A DNA stretch of 64,000 nucleotides from Balamuthia mandrillaris (lineage: Eukaryota). Position 1 is the stretch's first letter, and each line of letters starts with the position of its first letter. This document shows positions 1-10,824 of this stretch, piece after piece. Position numbers and translations under genes: made by a program. The stretch is from NCBI GenBank assembly GCA_031835245.2, contig JAVKOQ020000051.1, forward strand, positions 124,001 to 188,000, written 5' to 3'. A model generated the notes under the pieces. That model was not told the DNA's origin. It worked only from the letters and a program-made list of their open reading frames with translations, and ran no database searches.

Positions 1-18
1 CTCTTCGACAAACCAACC

Positions 19-678
19 ATGCAACACCCAAGAAGACAACAAAAGGACCGCACCGCTGTCACAGAGACCAACGACTTTGTATTCTTCTGGCACGGCTGGC
101 CCTCCCAATGGCACCCTTCGCCCTTCCAGCTGGAGGGCGATCAATACACCTGCGCGGAGCAGTACATGATGTGCGAGAAGGCCAAACTCTTTGGGGATAC
201 CGCCGTCCGAGAAGCTATCCTGAAGGCGGGCCATGACCCGCGCCGACACAAGGAGCTGGGGAGAAAGGTGAAGGGCTTCAAAGACGCTCTCTGGAACCAG
301 CGCAGGGAGGAGATAGTCTTTCTCGGCAACCTGGCCAAGTTCCGCCAGAACCCGGAGCTCAAAGCGTTGTTGCTGGCTACGGAGGAGAAGGTGTTGGTGG
401 AGGCCAGCCCATTGGACAAGGTATGGGGCATCGGCTTGGCCGCGGAGGACCCGAGAGCAAAAGATCCCAAGCGGTGGTTGGGATTGAACCTGTTGGGAAA
501 GGCGTTGATGCGGGCCCGGCAGCAGTTGAGAGAGGAAGAAGAAAAAGAAGCGGAAGGGGAACGGGAACGGGAAGAGGGAGCGGAGGAGGAAGAAAGTAAC
601 GAAGCAACCCCATCAGAACCGCAAGAGAAACCAGAAACAACAAAGAAGAACAAGAGGAAACGAAATGCCAGAGTGTGA
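19..678 (+). CDS. NADAR (YbiA-like) family protein, intronless, with acidic/basic C-terminal tail
   Basis: Motifs AEQYMMCEKAKLFGD, KELGRKVKGF, GNLAKFRQN, LVEASPLDKVWGIG and WLGLNLLGKALM match the NADAR/YbiA family pattern. Confidence 0.92.
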   Translation: MQHPRRQQKDRTAVTETNDFVFFWHGWPSQWHPSPFQLEGDQYTCAEQYMMCEKAKLFGDTAVREAILKAGHDPRRHKELGRKVKGFKDALWNQRREEIVFLGNLAKFRQNPELKALLLATEEKVLVEASPLDKVWGIGLAAEDPRAKDPKRWLGLNLLGKALMRARQQLREEEEKEAEGEREREEGAEEEESNEATPSEPQEKPETTKKNKRKRNARV

Positions 679-1080
679 AGCTTACCAATTATTATCAGCA
701 AAATATCAAAATAGTCGATTTATTTTCCTTTTTCCACCGTTTTGTCGTAAATTATCGTATAAAAATTCCCAAAATAGAAAGGCTTTTTTGTGGACTTATA
801 AATGAGAAAAGAAGAAAAGCAAAAAAAATTGCATCAAACGGCAGACTATCTGGAGGTTGGAATTGTATCGCCCCTTTTTGGGCGCTACGACAAGAGCTCT
901 TTCCACGCGAAGGAGTTTTTGTGTGATCCTTTCTCCCGTTCCCTTTGCCGAGAGGGATAGGATGAGTGGTTTTCTTTTTTAAAACAGTGGACGTACCGCT
1001 ACCGGTTGTTCACACGCGTGAACTGTCACCCACATTCTTCACTTAAAAAAAAAGTAACGTTTCGCTTGCTTCGCGACTGC

Positions 1081-1940
1081 TCATAGCTTTGCTCTTATTG
1101 CACTGGAGCTGATGGAGGGTGTTGTGGTGTGTGTCGGGGAGGAAGGATTTGTTGGAGGGTGTAACGTCATGCATGCTTCAGGGCTGCTCATACAGGCAGT
1201 CACGTACTCCTTGGCTTGCTCCACGTTGTGCTTGTCCACCACCACCGGTCGACCACAGTAAACGTCCACCGTAGCGAAGGGAAAGAGCCACATCTTCTTG
1301 TCCCAGGAGTGAGAGTGAACCCACTTGCGTGACACTTCGTAGCAGAGTGGAACGATGGGCACTCCTGACTGCATGGACATGTGCAACGCCCCAGCTTTCA
1401 TCTGCCGGGCAGGACCTTTGGGTCCATCCGGCGGAATCTGCGTGCCCATAAAGCAAGTTAGAAAGCAGAGACAGAGGAGAGAACAAACAGACAGATAACA
1501 GAGAACAGGGTAAAACAAACCAAGGTTGAGTGACCACTTCTCAACGCTTGAATTACTTGCTTTGCAGCTTCTCTCCCTCCATGTCCGGTTGAGCCCAACA
1601 CCAACCGAAAGCCTAACTGCTGCAGAAGCACATGGACCGGCTTCATGTACCAAGCTGGATGGTTCAGCGCGGTAAAGGGTGGATGTTGCTGTCGTGCCGC
1701 CAAATGAATGGCTCCAAAAACTGTAAGAAACTGGTGCCAAGAAGCGATGATGTAGTTCCGAGAGTAGAGGAAGGATTGCAGGTCACAGTGACCAGTGGGA
1801 AGGTTGTGCGCTCTCACGCGAACGGTGAGCGAACAGAGGTTGCAATAAAGCCACAAGGAGTTGCCGAGAAAATAGCTCAGGAGGAGATACACCGGCCGTA
1901 GATACAATGGCACATTGTCCACTCGAACCACCTCCTTCAT
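1081..1940 (-). CDS. Lysophospholipid acyltransferase-like (DUF374/LPLAT) protein, 2 exons (1940-1521, 1437-1081)
   Basis: ATG at 1940; one GT-AG intron 1520-1438 joins ...GHSTL to IPPDGPKGPARQMKAGALHMSMQSGVPIVPL. WH, GS..GGREA, PDGPxGP and SWD motifs resemble DUF374-type acyltransferases. Confidence 0.75.
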
Positions 1941-2303
1941 TTTTTGGGTGGGCAACAGAAGACGAAGCGTTACCGCAGCCGCAAAGAATCCAAAGCAGCG
2001 GATAATTTCCAATTTAGGGATAAAGCTGACGTAACGCGGATATTTTCCATTTCTGAAGAATAGACTGTCGACACCGAAATTGAATCGAATTTTCGATCAA
2101 AATCGAAAGAGAGTACTTTGAAAATCGGATGAAAGTGTTTTAGCATTTTTATTAATATTTTTCGTCCCACTTCAAATCTTCGACTCACTGCCGAAGAAGA
2201 AAGCTCTCTCCCACTTCAAGAACTTCATCTTCACCCATTTTGTTACTTCAACCATTGCGAGTAGTCACAACAGGGAAGGGAAAGAAACAAAAAAACAGAA
2301 AAG

Positions 2304-3007
2304 ATGGACGGAGGAGACGAACACCAGAATTTGAAGCCAACGAGCCCTTTCGTGAACCCGTTGCTGACGGACCAGTACCAGCTCACCATGGCCTATGCCT
2401 ACTGGCGCAACAAGAAGCACGAGGACCAGGCCACCTTTGACCTCTTCTTCCGTAAGAACCCGTTTCGTGGGGAGTACACCGTTTTTGCTGGTCTTGAAGA
2501 AGTGGTATGAGTTGTCCTCTCTTCCCTTCTCTCTCTCTCTCTCTCTCTCTGTCTTTATCTCTTACCTTCGTATTCTCCTCTCGTCTCTTCATCTCTCTCT
2601 TTGTTCTCACCTTTATGCAACCAACAACAAAAGATTAGACACGTAGCTTCATTCCGTTTCACAGAGGAACAGATCCAACAGATCAGAGAGCATGTGCTGC
2701 CCAACCGGGAGCCCGCATTCTACGAGTGGCTCTCCTCCATTGACGGCTCGCGGCTGCGGCTCTTCGCCGTCAAAGAGGGCACGGTGGTTTTCCCCAAGGA
2801 ACCGTTGGTGAGGGTGGAAGGCCCCGTGGGAGTCGCGCAGCTCTTGGAGACCACACTGCTCACGCTGGTCAACTATGCGAGCTTGGTATGCACGAACGCT
2901 GCGAGGCACAGAAGGGCGGCCGGACCCAAGAAGGTCCTCATGGAGTTTGGTGCAAGGCGAGCGCAGGGTCCTGATGGAGCCATTTCAGCATCCAGGTTTC
3001 TTTCTTT

Positions 3008-3057
<50 letters not shown>

Positions 3058-4543
3058 ATTACTATTTATATTTTAAAAAGATATTCGTACATGGGAGGGT
3101 TCGACAGCACAAGCAACGTATTGTCAGGGTTGCTGTTTCACATCAAGACAGAGGGCACGCATGCTCACAGCTTTGTCTCTTCCTTTTTCGAGGACGAAGA
3201 CCTCCATTGCAAAACTCTAAAGAAGAAGACTAATGAGGGCGACAAAGAGGAAGGAGAAGAGGCAGACTTTATGGAAGAAGTTCTGCGATGCCGCAAAGAG
3301 CTGGGGTACATGGATACCAGCACTGCCGAACTGAAGGCCTTTGCAGCTTATGCTCTGTAATATTCCTCTTCTCATCTCATCTGTGTCTCTTTTTTGCGTC
3401 TTATACTTACGGGCATGTCATTATAGAGCTTTTCCAAACAGTTGCTTGTGTTTGGTGGACACCTATGATACGCTCAAGTCTGGCATTCCCAACTTTTTAT
3501 GCGTGGCTTACGCTCTTCACAAGTTTGGATACAAAGCTGTAGGTGAGTTGCTTCTCCTCCATGTGTTTCTGCGACAGGTTTGCTTTGCTGATGATATTGC
3601 AAAGGTATTCGTTTGGATTCTGGCGATCTTGCTTATCTCTCCAAGCGAGCAAGAGCAATGTTCGCGCAAGTGGGTCAACGCGTTCATGCCGACTATTTCA
3701 GCAAGTTCACCATCGTTGCTAGCAACGAGCTCTCCGAAGATACCATCTACTCGCTCAATCATCAAGGTACGTTCTGGCATTCTTTGCTTTCTTCTTTCTT
3801 CTCTCTTTTCGTTTTTCTCATCGACAAGCAACAATGAAGGGCACGAAGTGGATGTGTTTGGAGTTGGCACTCATCTGGTAACGTGCCAAAAGCAACCTGC
3901 ATTGGGATGTGTCTACAAGCTCGTTGAGATAAACGGCATTCCGCGCATTAAGATCTCACAGGACCTAGATAAAGTCACTCTTCCTGGAAAGAAAGACGTT
4001 TATCGTTTATACGGCTTAAATGGTTCTTTTCTCTTTCTGCGTCATTTTTCTCTTGGCTTCTCTTCTGTCTTCTATCTGATGTCTTCTTCGTTTAACAATT
4101 TCTCTCAAAAACAAAAAGAAATACCTGTTGTAGACCTCATCGTCGAAGCAGAGACAACCAGTTTCGATCGTTGTCTTCATCGTCACCAACAGTCGCAAGA
4201 AGCATCTTCTTCAGAACTCCAAGAAACAGTCCCAACGGTTGGCAAACGAATCATGTGCCATCATCCTTCCGATCCTCAAAAACGAGCATACATCACTCCC
4301 ACCAAAGTCGTTCCGTTGCTAGAACTCGTTTGGGATTGCGGTCGATTGAAACTTTCTCTGCCTTCGTTGGAGGAGATAAAACATCGTTGTCAGCAACAAG
4401 TGGCAGAGATGAGAGAGGACCATTTGAGGCCGTTGAATCCAACGCCCTATAAAGTCTCGCTGAGCTCCAAACTGTGGAATGACTTCAATGCATTGTGGCA
4501 GGAGAGTGTTCCCATTAGTGATATAACGCATATTTCTGAATAA
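2304..4543 (+). CDS. NAPRT: Nicotinate phosphoribosyltransferase, 7 exons (2304-2504, 2634-2995, 3081-3356, 3427-3542, 3605-3766, 3840-4022, 4119-4543)
   Basis: [90 protein letters not shown]; all inferred introns are GT-AG and phase-compatible. Confidence 0.95.
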
Positions 4544-4613
4544 AAAGAGAATAGGAGAAAGATGAATGTTGTTTTGTAAATAAATAAAAAAAGAGTTGAA
4601 GAAAAAACAGTTT

Positions 4614-6229
4614 TCAGTTTCCAAAGAGCTGTTGAGAGCGTGACAGTAAGTAACAAATGACATGAAAGGCATTAAGAAGAAACAAGACAGAATAAGAGCA
4701 TAGGAAAGGAGAGGACCATACAGAGGAGGAAAAAAAAAAACAAACCTTGGCCAAAACATCTTCAGCAATGTTGGAGCTAGTGGAACCAGAGCTTGCCAAC
4801 TCAGAGTCCTTCTGGAATGTCCGTTGTCTGAACTTCTTCTTAAACTGTTCCAATTTCTTTCTGTCTTCGCCTTCTTCTTCTTCACTCACTTCCTCCTCAC
4901 CCTCTTCCTTTTTCTGCTTCTTTTGCTTTCTTTTCTCGATCTCGCGTTGAACGTGAGCTTGTTCAACCTTCAACATGTACTCGTTGTTCTCTCGTTTCAC
5001 TTGTGTGATCTCTGCCAATCGTTTCTTCTCTCTTACGGACCTTTGATAAGCTGCAAATAAAGCCAAGAAGACAATAAAAGTTAAACAACAAGAGAGAAGA
5101 AGCAAAAGAGAAAAAGAACAAGAAGAAGAAGAACAGAAAGGAGAAGAAGAAGAGGAGACAAAGGCATACCAAGTTTTTCGGTGAGGTGGTTCCATTTGAA
5201 GTTTGGCAAATACTTCAAATTCCACAGGTCATAATAATAGAAGTTTCGTTTGTTTCCTCCTTTAGAAGTATTTGTTTAGTTTGTAAAGGAAGAGAGAAGA
5301 GAGAAGAGAGAAGAGAGAAGAGAGAAGAGAGAAGAGAGAAGAGAGAAGAGAGAAGAGAGAAGAGAGAAGAGAGAAGAGAGAAGAGAGAAGAGAGAAGAGA
5401 GAAGAGAGAAGAGAGAAGAGAGAAGAGAGAAGAGAAGAGAGAAGAGAGAAGAGAGAAGAGAGAAGAGAGAAGAGAGAAGAGAGAAGAAAAGAGAGAGAAG
5501 AGAGAGAAGAGAGAGAAAGAGAGAAGAGAGAGAAGAGAGAGAAGAGAGAAGAGAAGAGAGAGAAGCAAGAGAAAGAGAATAAGAGAAGTGATGGAGAGGA
5601 GCGAGAAGAGAAGAGAAAGAGCGAATAAGAGAGAAACGATGGAGAGAGAGAGAGAGAAAGCGAGAGAAGCGAGAAGCGAGAAGCAGGAGAGAAGAAAATA
5701 TACCAATCGGAGTGTTATTCAGGGAGAGGGCGACTTGCTTGGCGACCTTCTTGTCCGCAAACTCAACCCAGCCGTCCGTCCAGTTCTGCTTCTTGTTGCC
5801 GCCTCTCTTCTTCCTGTGGTTTCTCTTGCGGGGGTCCTCCGGGGTGAGGTAGATGCGCTCCACGGTGCCGTAGTGAGAGAGGAGGTGGCGCAGCTTCTCC
5901 GGCTTCATGAACGGCGGGATGCGGCTGAGGTAGACGATGCCCTTGCGCTCTTTGGTCTTGCGGAACTTTTCCAGCTTTTTCTTGGAGAGAGCGGAGCTCT
6001 TCAACACTTTCTTCTTTTTATTTTGTGGCGCGGTGTCCTCCTCCTCCTCCTCCTCCGATTCATCTTCCTCTTCTTTTTTATGAGTGGGTTCTTCTCCCTT
6101 CTCCTTGTGTTCTTCTTCCTGTTGTTCTGCTTCGGAGTCGGGTTTCTTGCGCTTCTTGGTTTTGGTTTCTTGGCGTTGGGCCGAAGAAGAAGAAGAAGCG
6201 GAAGAAGGGCTGTCTTGCTTGGAACTCAT
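4614..6229 (-). CDS. ESF2: Pre-rRNA-processing protein ESF2/ABT1 (RRM), multi-exon
   Basis: GIVYLSRIPPFMKPEKLRHLLSHYG.VERIYL and DGWVEFADKKVAKQVALSLNNTPIG, followed by charged helical exons; last exon LFGN* ends at 4614. Confidence 0.88.
5290..5560. repeat. (AGAGA)n pentanucleotide microsatellite in an ESF2 intron
   Basis: Direct reading; TCTCT on the sense strand of the host gene. Confidence 0.95.
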
Positions 6230-6486
6230 TTGTGTGTGCGTCTTTCTCTTTTCTCTTTTTTTCTTCCTTTGTTTTTGTGATCTGATCGAAATCACCAACC
6301 AATGGGTTTTCAAACGATGATTCACTTTAGTCTTTTAATGGAAACAATGAGCATCATATGACCTTTTTATGGATAACTGGGAATTCACATTTTCCCGATT
6401 TTTCCAAAAAACGTGTTTGTCGACAGTAATTTATCCAAAATAAAAAAAAGAAATTCAACAAAAGAAAGAGAGAAAGAGACACAACG

Positions 6487-7907
6487 ATGAGACTCGGACG
6501 CTCCAACGTTACTGCTTTCTTTAGGAGCACCACCACCACCTCCGCTCCAACCCAAGGTTCTGCAGCTCGCTCCCTTCGGTTCTACTCCTCCTCTTCCTCT
6601 TCCCCTTCTTCCGCTGCCGCCAAGAAAACCCTCCACTTTTGGCTGCGCGCTGAGCAGAAGCCCAACGAGCACCGCACGCTGTTGCTGCCGGAGCACGTCG
6701 CCCAGCTGCTCTCCGCCGGCCACAGGGTGACTGTCGAGCGCTCCCACATGCGTTGCATCCCCGACGAGGACTACGCTCGCCTCCGCCAGAAAGGAGGAAC
6801 CCTCCTGGAGATGGCCGAGGAGGGAAGTTGGGCCAGCAAAGCCCCCAAGGAGGCGGTCATCATCGGCCTCAAGGAGCTGCCCGAGGAGAGGGAGGACAGG
6901 CCGCTCGTCCACCGCCACGTCTACTTTGCGCACTGCTACAAAGGGCAGCGCGGCAGCGAGCAGCTGCTGCGGCGCTTCCACCTGGGCGGCGGCCGGCTCT
7001 GGGACCTGGAGTTCCTGGTGGACGAGCAGGGCAAGAGGGTGGCCTCCTTCAGCCACGCCGCCGGCAAGGTCGGCATGGGCCTGGGCCTCCTCTGTTGGGC
7101 CTACCAGCGGCTGGGGGAGGGAGGGGCGGGCGTGCTGCCCCCGCAGCTCAAGCCCTACGAGTCCTACGATGACCTCTGCGCCCACGCCAGGGAGCTCGTC
7201 GAGGCTGCCGCCGTTAAGAGCGGAGGGGAGAGGCCCAGCGTGCTTGTTATGGGGGCGGCTGGTAGGTCTGGCACTGGCGCTGTTACTATTTCCAAAAAGT
7301 ATTTTCCTCTTCTCTCTCTCTCTTTCATTCTTCTTAGCTGCTTTTCTTCTTTCCTCTATTTCCTCTTGTTCTTCCTCTTCTAGCTGTTCTTCTGGTTTTG
7401 TTAACACTTGGTCGTAGAGTTGGAGTAACGCCAGTAGAATGGGACAGAAAACATACCCAAGGCGGTGGTCCCTTCCCTCAACTCCTTCAACACCACATCT
7501 TTGCCAACTGCATCTACTTGGACCCCACCGTCCGAGTGCCTCCCTTCCTGACCACCGACCTGCTTCGCAACTCCGCTGAACGTCGCCTCTCCGTCATTGC
7601 AGACGTGAGCTGTGACACCACCAACCCTAACAACCCTCTTCCCTTCTCCACCGAGAACACGACCTTTCGAAAGCCAACACAAAGGGTCATTCCTGCTCAC
7701 AGCCCTGACCACGCCTCTCCTCTTCCTTTGGACGTGTTGGCCATCGACCATCTGCCTTCGCTGGTCCCGCAGGAGGCCAGTCGAGAGTTTGGTGACCTGA
7801 TGATTGGCCACCTGCTGGCTTTCGATAATACGGCTGTGTGGCATCGCGCTGAAAAGCTCTTTGGGGAGCACTTGCGCAAGCATGGTCTCACTCCTTCCTC
7901 TGCATAA
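6487..7907 (+). CDS. LYS1: Saccharopine dehydrogenase (NAD+, L-lysine-forming), 2 exons (6487-7298, 7418-7907)
   Basis: WLRAEQKPNEHRT, IIGLKELP, YFAHCYKGQ, LWDLEFLVDEQGKRVASF, VLVMGAAGRSGTGA, ANCIYL, VIADVSCDTTNPNNP, IDHLPSLVPQEASREF. Confidence 0.93.
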
Positions 7908-7988
7908 ATTCAATAGGTATTCTTTGCGGTTTTGCTTTGTTTTTGTTTTTATTCTTTGTTGGTTCTTTTTTTACCCAGAGAAGGACCT

Positions 7989-10332
7989 TCAAGGGCTTCC
8001 TTGCTCGTAAAGCCACTGCATCGCTTCTGGGCACCTCTCTGCTTTGCACAGTGCATCACTGTATATAGCGGCATCCCAAGGGCAACCTCGCTCCCTGGCC
8101 CACTTGAGCACTTCCCAATGGCTACGATTCACCCCAAAGCCATACATGCTACCAGCAACCGCTGAAGCACAAGTGCTCTTGTCCCAAGGGCAACCGTGCA
8201 CTCTGGCCCATTGGAGCAGTTCCAAGTTACCAGACCAAGCTATTGCAGCACAAGTCCGCACATCCCAGGGGCAGCCATGCTCTTGAGCCCACTTGTTGGT
8301 TGAATCCAACCTTAGGAAGGAAAGAGTCGGTGACGAGACAAGGAGTGTATTCAAGAGAATAGAGGAAGGACAACGAGAGTGAATCTCCGACGTTGCTTCA
8401 AAGTACACGAGAGAAAGGGGAAAAGGGAGAAAGGAAGGATGGGGGATACAAAAGAAAGGAGAGCTGAGGGTCCGGGACGGATCCAACATGAGGAGTCTTG
8501 AGATAAGTGTTGGTGATTTTACCAACACACTTCAGCATTTCAAAGTTACAAGACTCACCATGCCCTTTGGGGGCAAGCATAGCACCAAAAGTTTGTTCAT
8601 CCCAGGGGCAGCCATGCTCTCGAGCCCACTTGAGCATTTCAAAGTTACCAGACGAAGCAATTGCAGCACAAGTCTGTTCATCCCAGGGGCAGCCATGCTC
8701 TTGAGCCCACTTGAGCATTTCAAAGTTCCTAGACCTAGCAATTGCAGCACAAGTCCGCTCATCCCAGGGGCAGCCATGCTCTCGAGCCCACTTGAGCATT
8801 TCAAAGTTACTAGACTTAGGAGGAAGGTAACCACCAAATGTCACCTCTTTTTGCCCAGGGATTGCAGCACAAGTCTGCTCTTTCCAGGGGCAGCCATGCT
8901 CTCGAGCCCACTTGAGCATTTCAAAGTTACCAGACGAAGCAATTGCAGCACAAGTCTGTTCATCCCAGGGGCAGCCATGCTCTTGAGCCCACTTGAGCAT
9001 TTCCAAGTTACCAGACGAAGCAATTGCAGTACAAGTCTGTTCATCCCAGGGGCAGCCATGCTCTTGAGCCCACTTGAGCATTTCCAAGTTACCAGACCGA
9101 GCAGTTGCAGCACAAGTCTTTTCATCCCAAGGGAAGCCATTCTCTCTGGCCCAACGTAAGAGCTTCCAATGTGCACAACCAGCAGCAATAGTGCATGTGT
9201 CCTTCATCCAGGGGGAGCCTTGCTGTTTGGCCCACTTTAACACCTCCATACTGCGGTGAATCACTGCCTGTAGGAACTCTTTCTTAGCCGAAAACGGACG
9301 GTATCCCCTCTCCGCCAACCATTGCAACACACTTGCGTGGTCATTTTGTATCGAAACAACACAGAGGTCTTCAGACCAAGGGAAACCATCATCATGCTCG
9401 TAGAGCCACTGTAGAACCTCTATATGCCCACCCTCTGCCGCGCTTTTGCTAACACGATTGATATCCCAAGGAAAACCACGCTCACGAGCCCACTTGAGCA
9501 ACTCCAAGTGACCCGTTTTAGCTGCATATATGCAAGGCTCCTCACTCCAAGGGCAACCGTGTTCAAGAGCCCACATCAGTATATCCAAGTGGCCATTGCG
9601 AGCAGCCTCCTCAGTCGTCCACTCGTCCCAACGACAACCTTTGGCTTGAATCCATTCAAGCACTTTCTTGTGCCCACCACGAGCCGCACTTGCAGGCACG
9701 CTCTCATCATAAGGACAATAATGGGACCTAAGATATTTGAGCACTTCCAGATGCCCACCGCCAGCCGCGCTTGCAAATGTCGTCTTATCCCAATGGCATC
9801 CAGATGCACGAGCCCACTCCAGAACCTTCATATGTCCACCTTTTGCTGCTAGATGACAAACGGTTTCGTCCCAAGGGCATCCAGAAAGGCGAGCCCACTG
9901 GAGCACATCCAAATGTCCTCCTTCTGCTGCTCGCTGACAAACGGTTCTATCCAAAGGGTAGCCTTGTTCTCGCGCCCACTGGAGCACATCCAAATGTCCG
10001 CCTTCTGCTGCTCGCTGACAAACGGTTCTATCCAAAGGGCAGCCTTGTTCTCGCGCCCACTGGAGCACATCCAAACGACCGAGTTTAGCGGCTACGGCAC
10101 TCGTTTTGATCAAAGGACAACCGTTGTCCACAGCCCATTGCAACAAAGCCACGCTGGTGGTGCATGCCTGGCGCACGGAGAGCTTGTAGCGAAGCTCCGC
10201 GGGGCAACAGCTGAACCAGCGCCTGCAAGTCCTGGCCGCGATGGCCTTCGTGTCCTCCGGCAGCAAGGTAAAAAAGACTTCCAGCAGTTCGTTGGGCATG
10301 AGCTCTTCCATCCAAGTGGGTCTCGTGTCCAT
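7989..10332 (-). CDS. F-box-like plus GCPW-type ankyrin repeat protein, interrupted at 8294-8527 by an insertion
   Basis: N-terminal MPNELLEVFFTLLP...ARTCRRW; about 20 repeats of A.GGHL.VLQWAR.GCPWD; the repeat frame resumes after the insertion and ends at 7989. Confidence 0.85.
8294..8527. mobile_element. 234-bp insertion with TG...CA termini, short terminal inverted repeat and 4-bp TSD (solo-LTR-like)
   Basis: CACT at 8290-8293 and 8528-8531 flank TGTTGGT...ACCAACA. Removing the insert and one CACT restores the neighbouring repeat unit pattern GAGCCCACTT(G/C)AGCATTTC. Confidence 0.82.
8595..9130 (-). repeat. Near-identical 75-bp coding tandem repeats (ankyrin units)
   Basis: Unit CATCCCAGGGGCAGCCATGCTC(T/C)..GCCCACTTGAGCATTT..AAGTTACCAGAC... 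recurs about 7 times with few substitutions. Confidence 0.9.
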
Positions 10333-10554
10333 TTTCTTTCTTTCTTTGCCTCTTTTATGTAGAAAAAGGTTCCTGTCGACCACCACTTGCTCTTCTTCTC
10401 TTGTCATCATGCTGCAAGCAAAAAAACTTTCACATCAGTTAAAATTTATTAATTTTTTGTGCTTAAATGGAAAATAATTCGATAAACGTGATGTCACATT
10501 CAATAAATCGTCAATTATTTGCAATTTTTGTCAAATCAAAAAGAGAGAGAAGAG

Positions 10555-10780
10555 ATGGAAGCGCAGAAGCAGAAAGCCGATTCCATCTCGGCATGGTTGC
10601 TGCTGGACCTGCCGGATGAGATCTACGTGCACATATTTTCCTTCCTCCGCTTCGAGGAGTTGTGCAGCGCCTCCCTGGTTTGCAAGGACTGGTACGGCTT
10701 GTCCTCCGAGTTTGTTCTTTGGCGGGTTCGTTGCCCTCCCTCCAATTTTTTTTTTCTTTGTGCCACTCGTTTCGCTTTCT

Positions 10781-10824
<44 letters not shown>

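Noticed and set aside
5186..6280. Long ORFs of REKRE/SLLSS-type repeats (also 15556-16350, 29202-29770, 35321-35999, 37087-37793)
   Set aside because: They are stop-free translations of intronic microsatellites, not proteins.
6385..7407. Long antisense ORFs over GC-rich genes (also 14277-14960, 26251-26847, 43941-45194)
   Set aside because: Shadow ORFs expected from codon bias or low complexity; no recognisable motifs.
8595..9130. Regularly spaced repeats resembling a CRISPR array
   Set aside because: Contiguous 75-bp coding ankyrin units with no unique spacers and no cas genes, in eukaryotic DNA.
7989..10332. Endogenous giant-virus region
   Set aside because: Flanking genes are intron-containing cellular genes and no viral hallmark genes are present.
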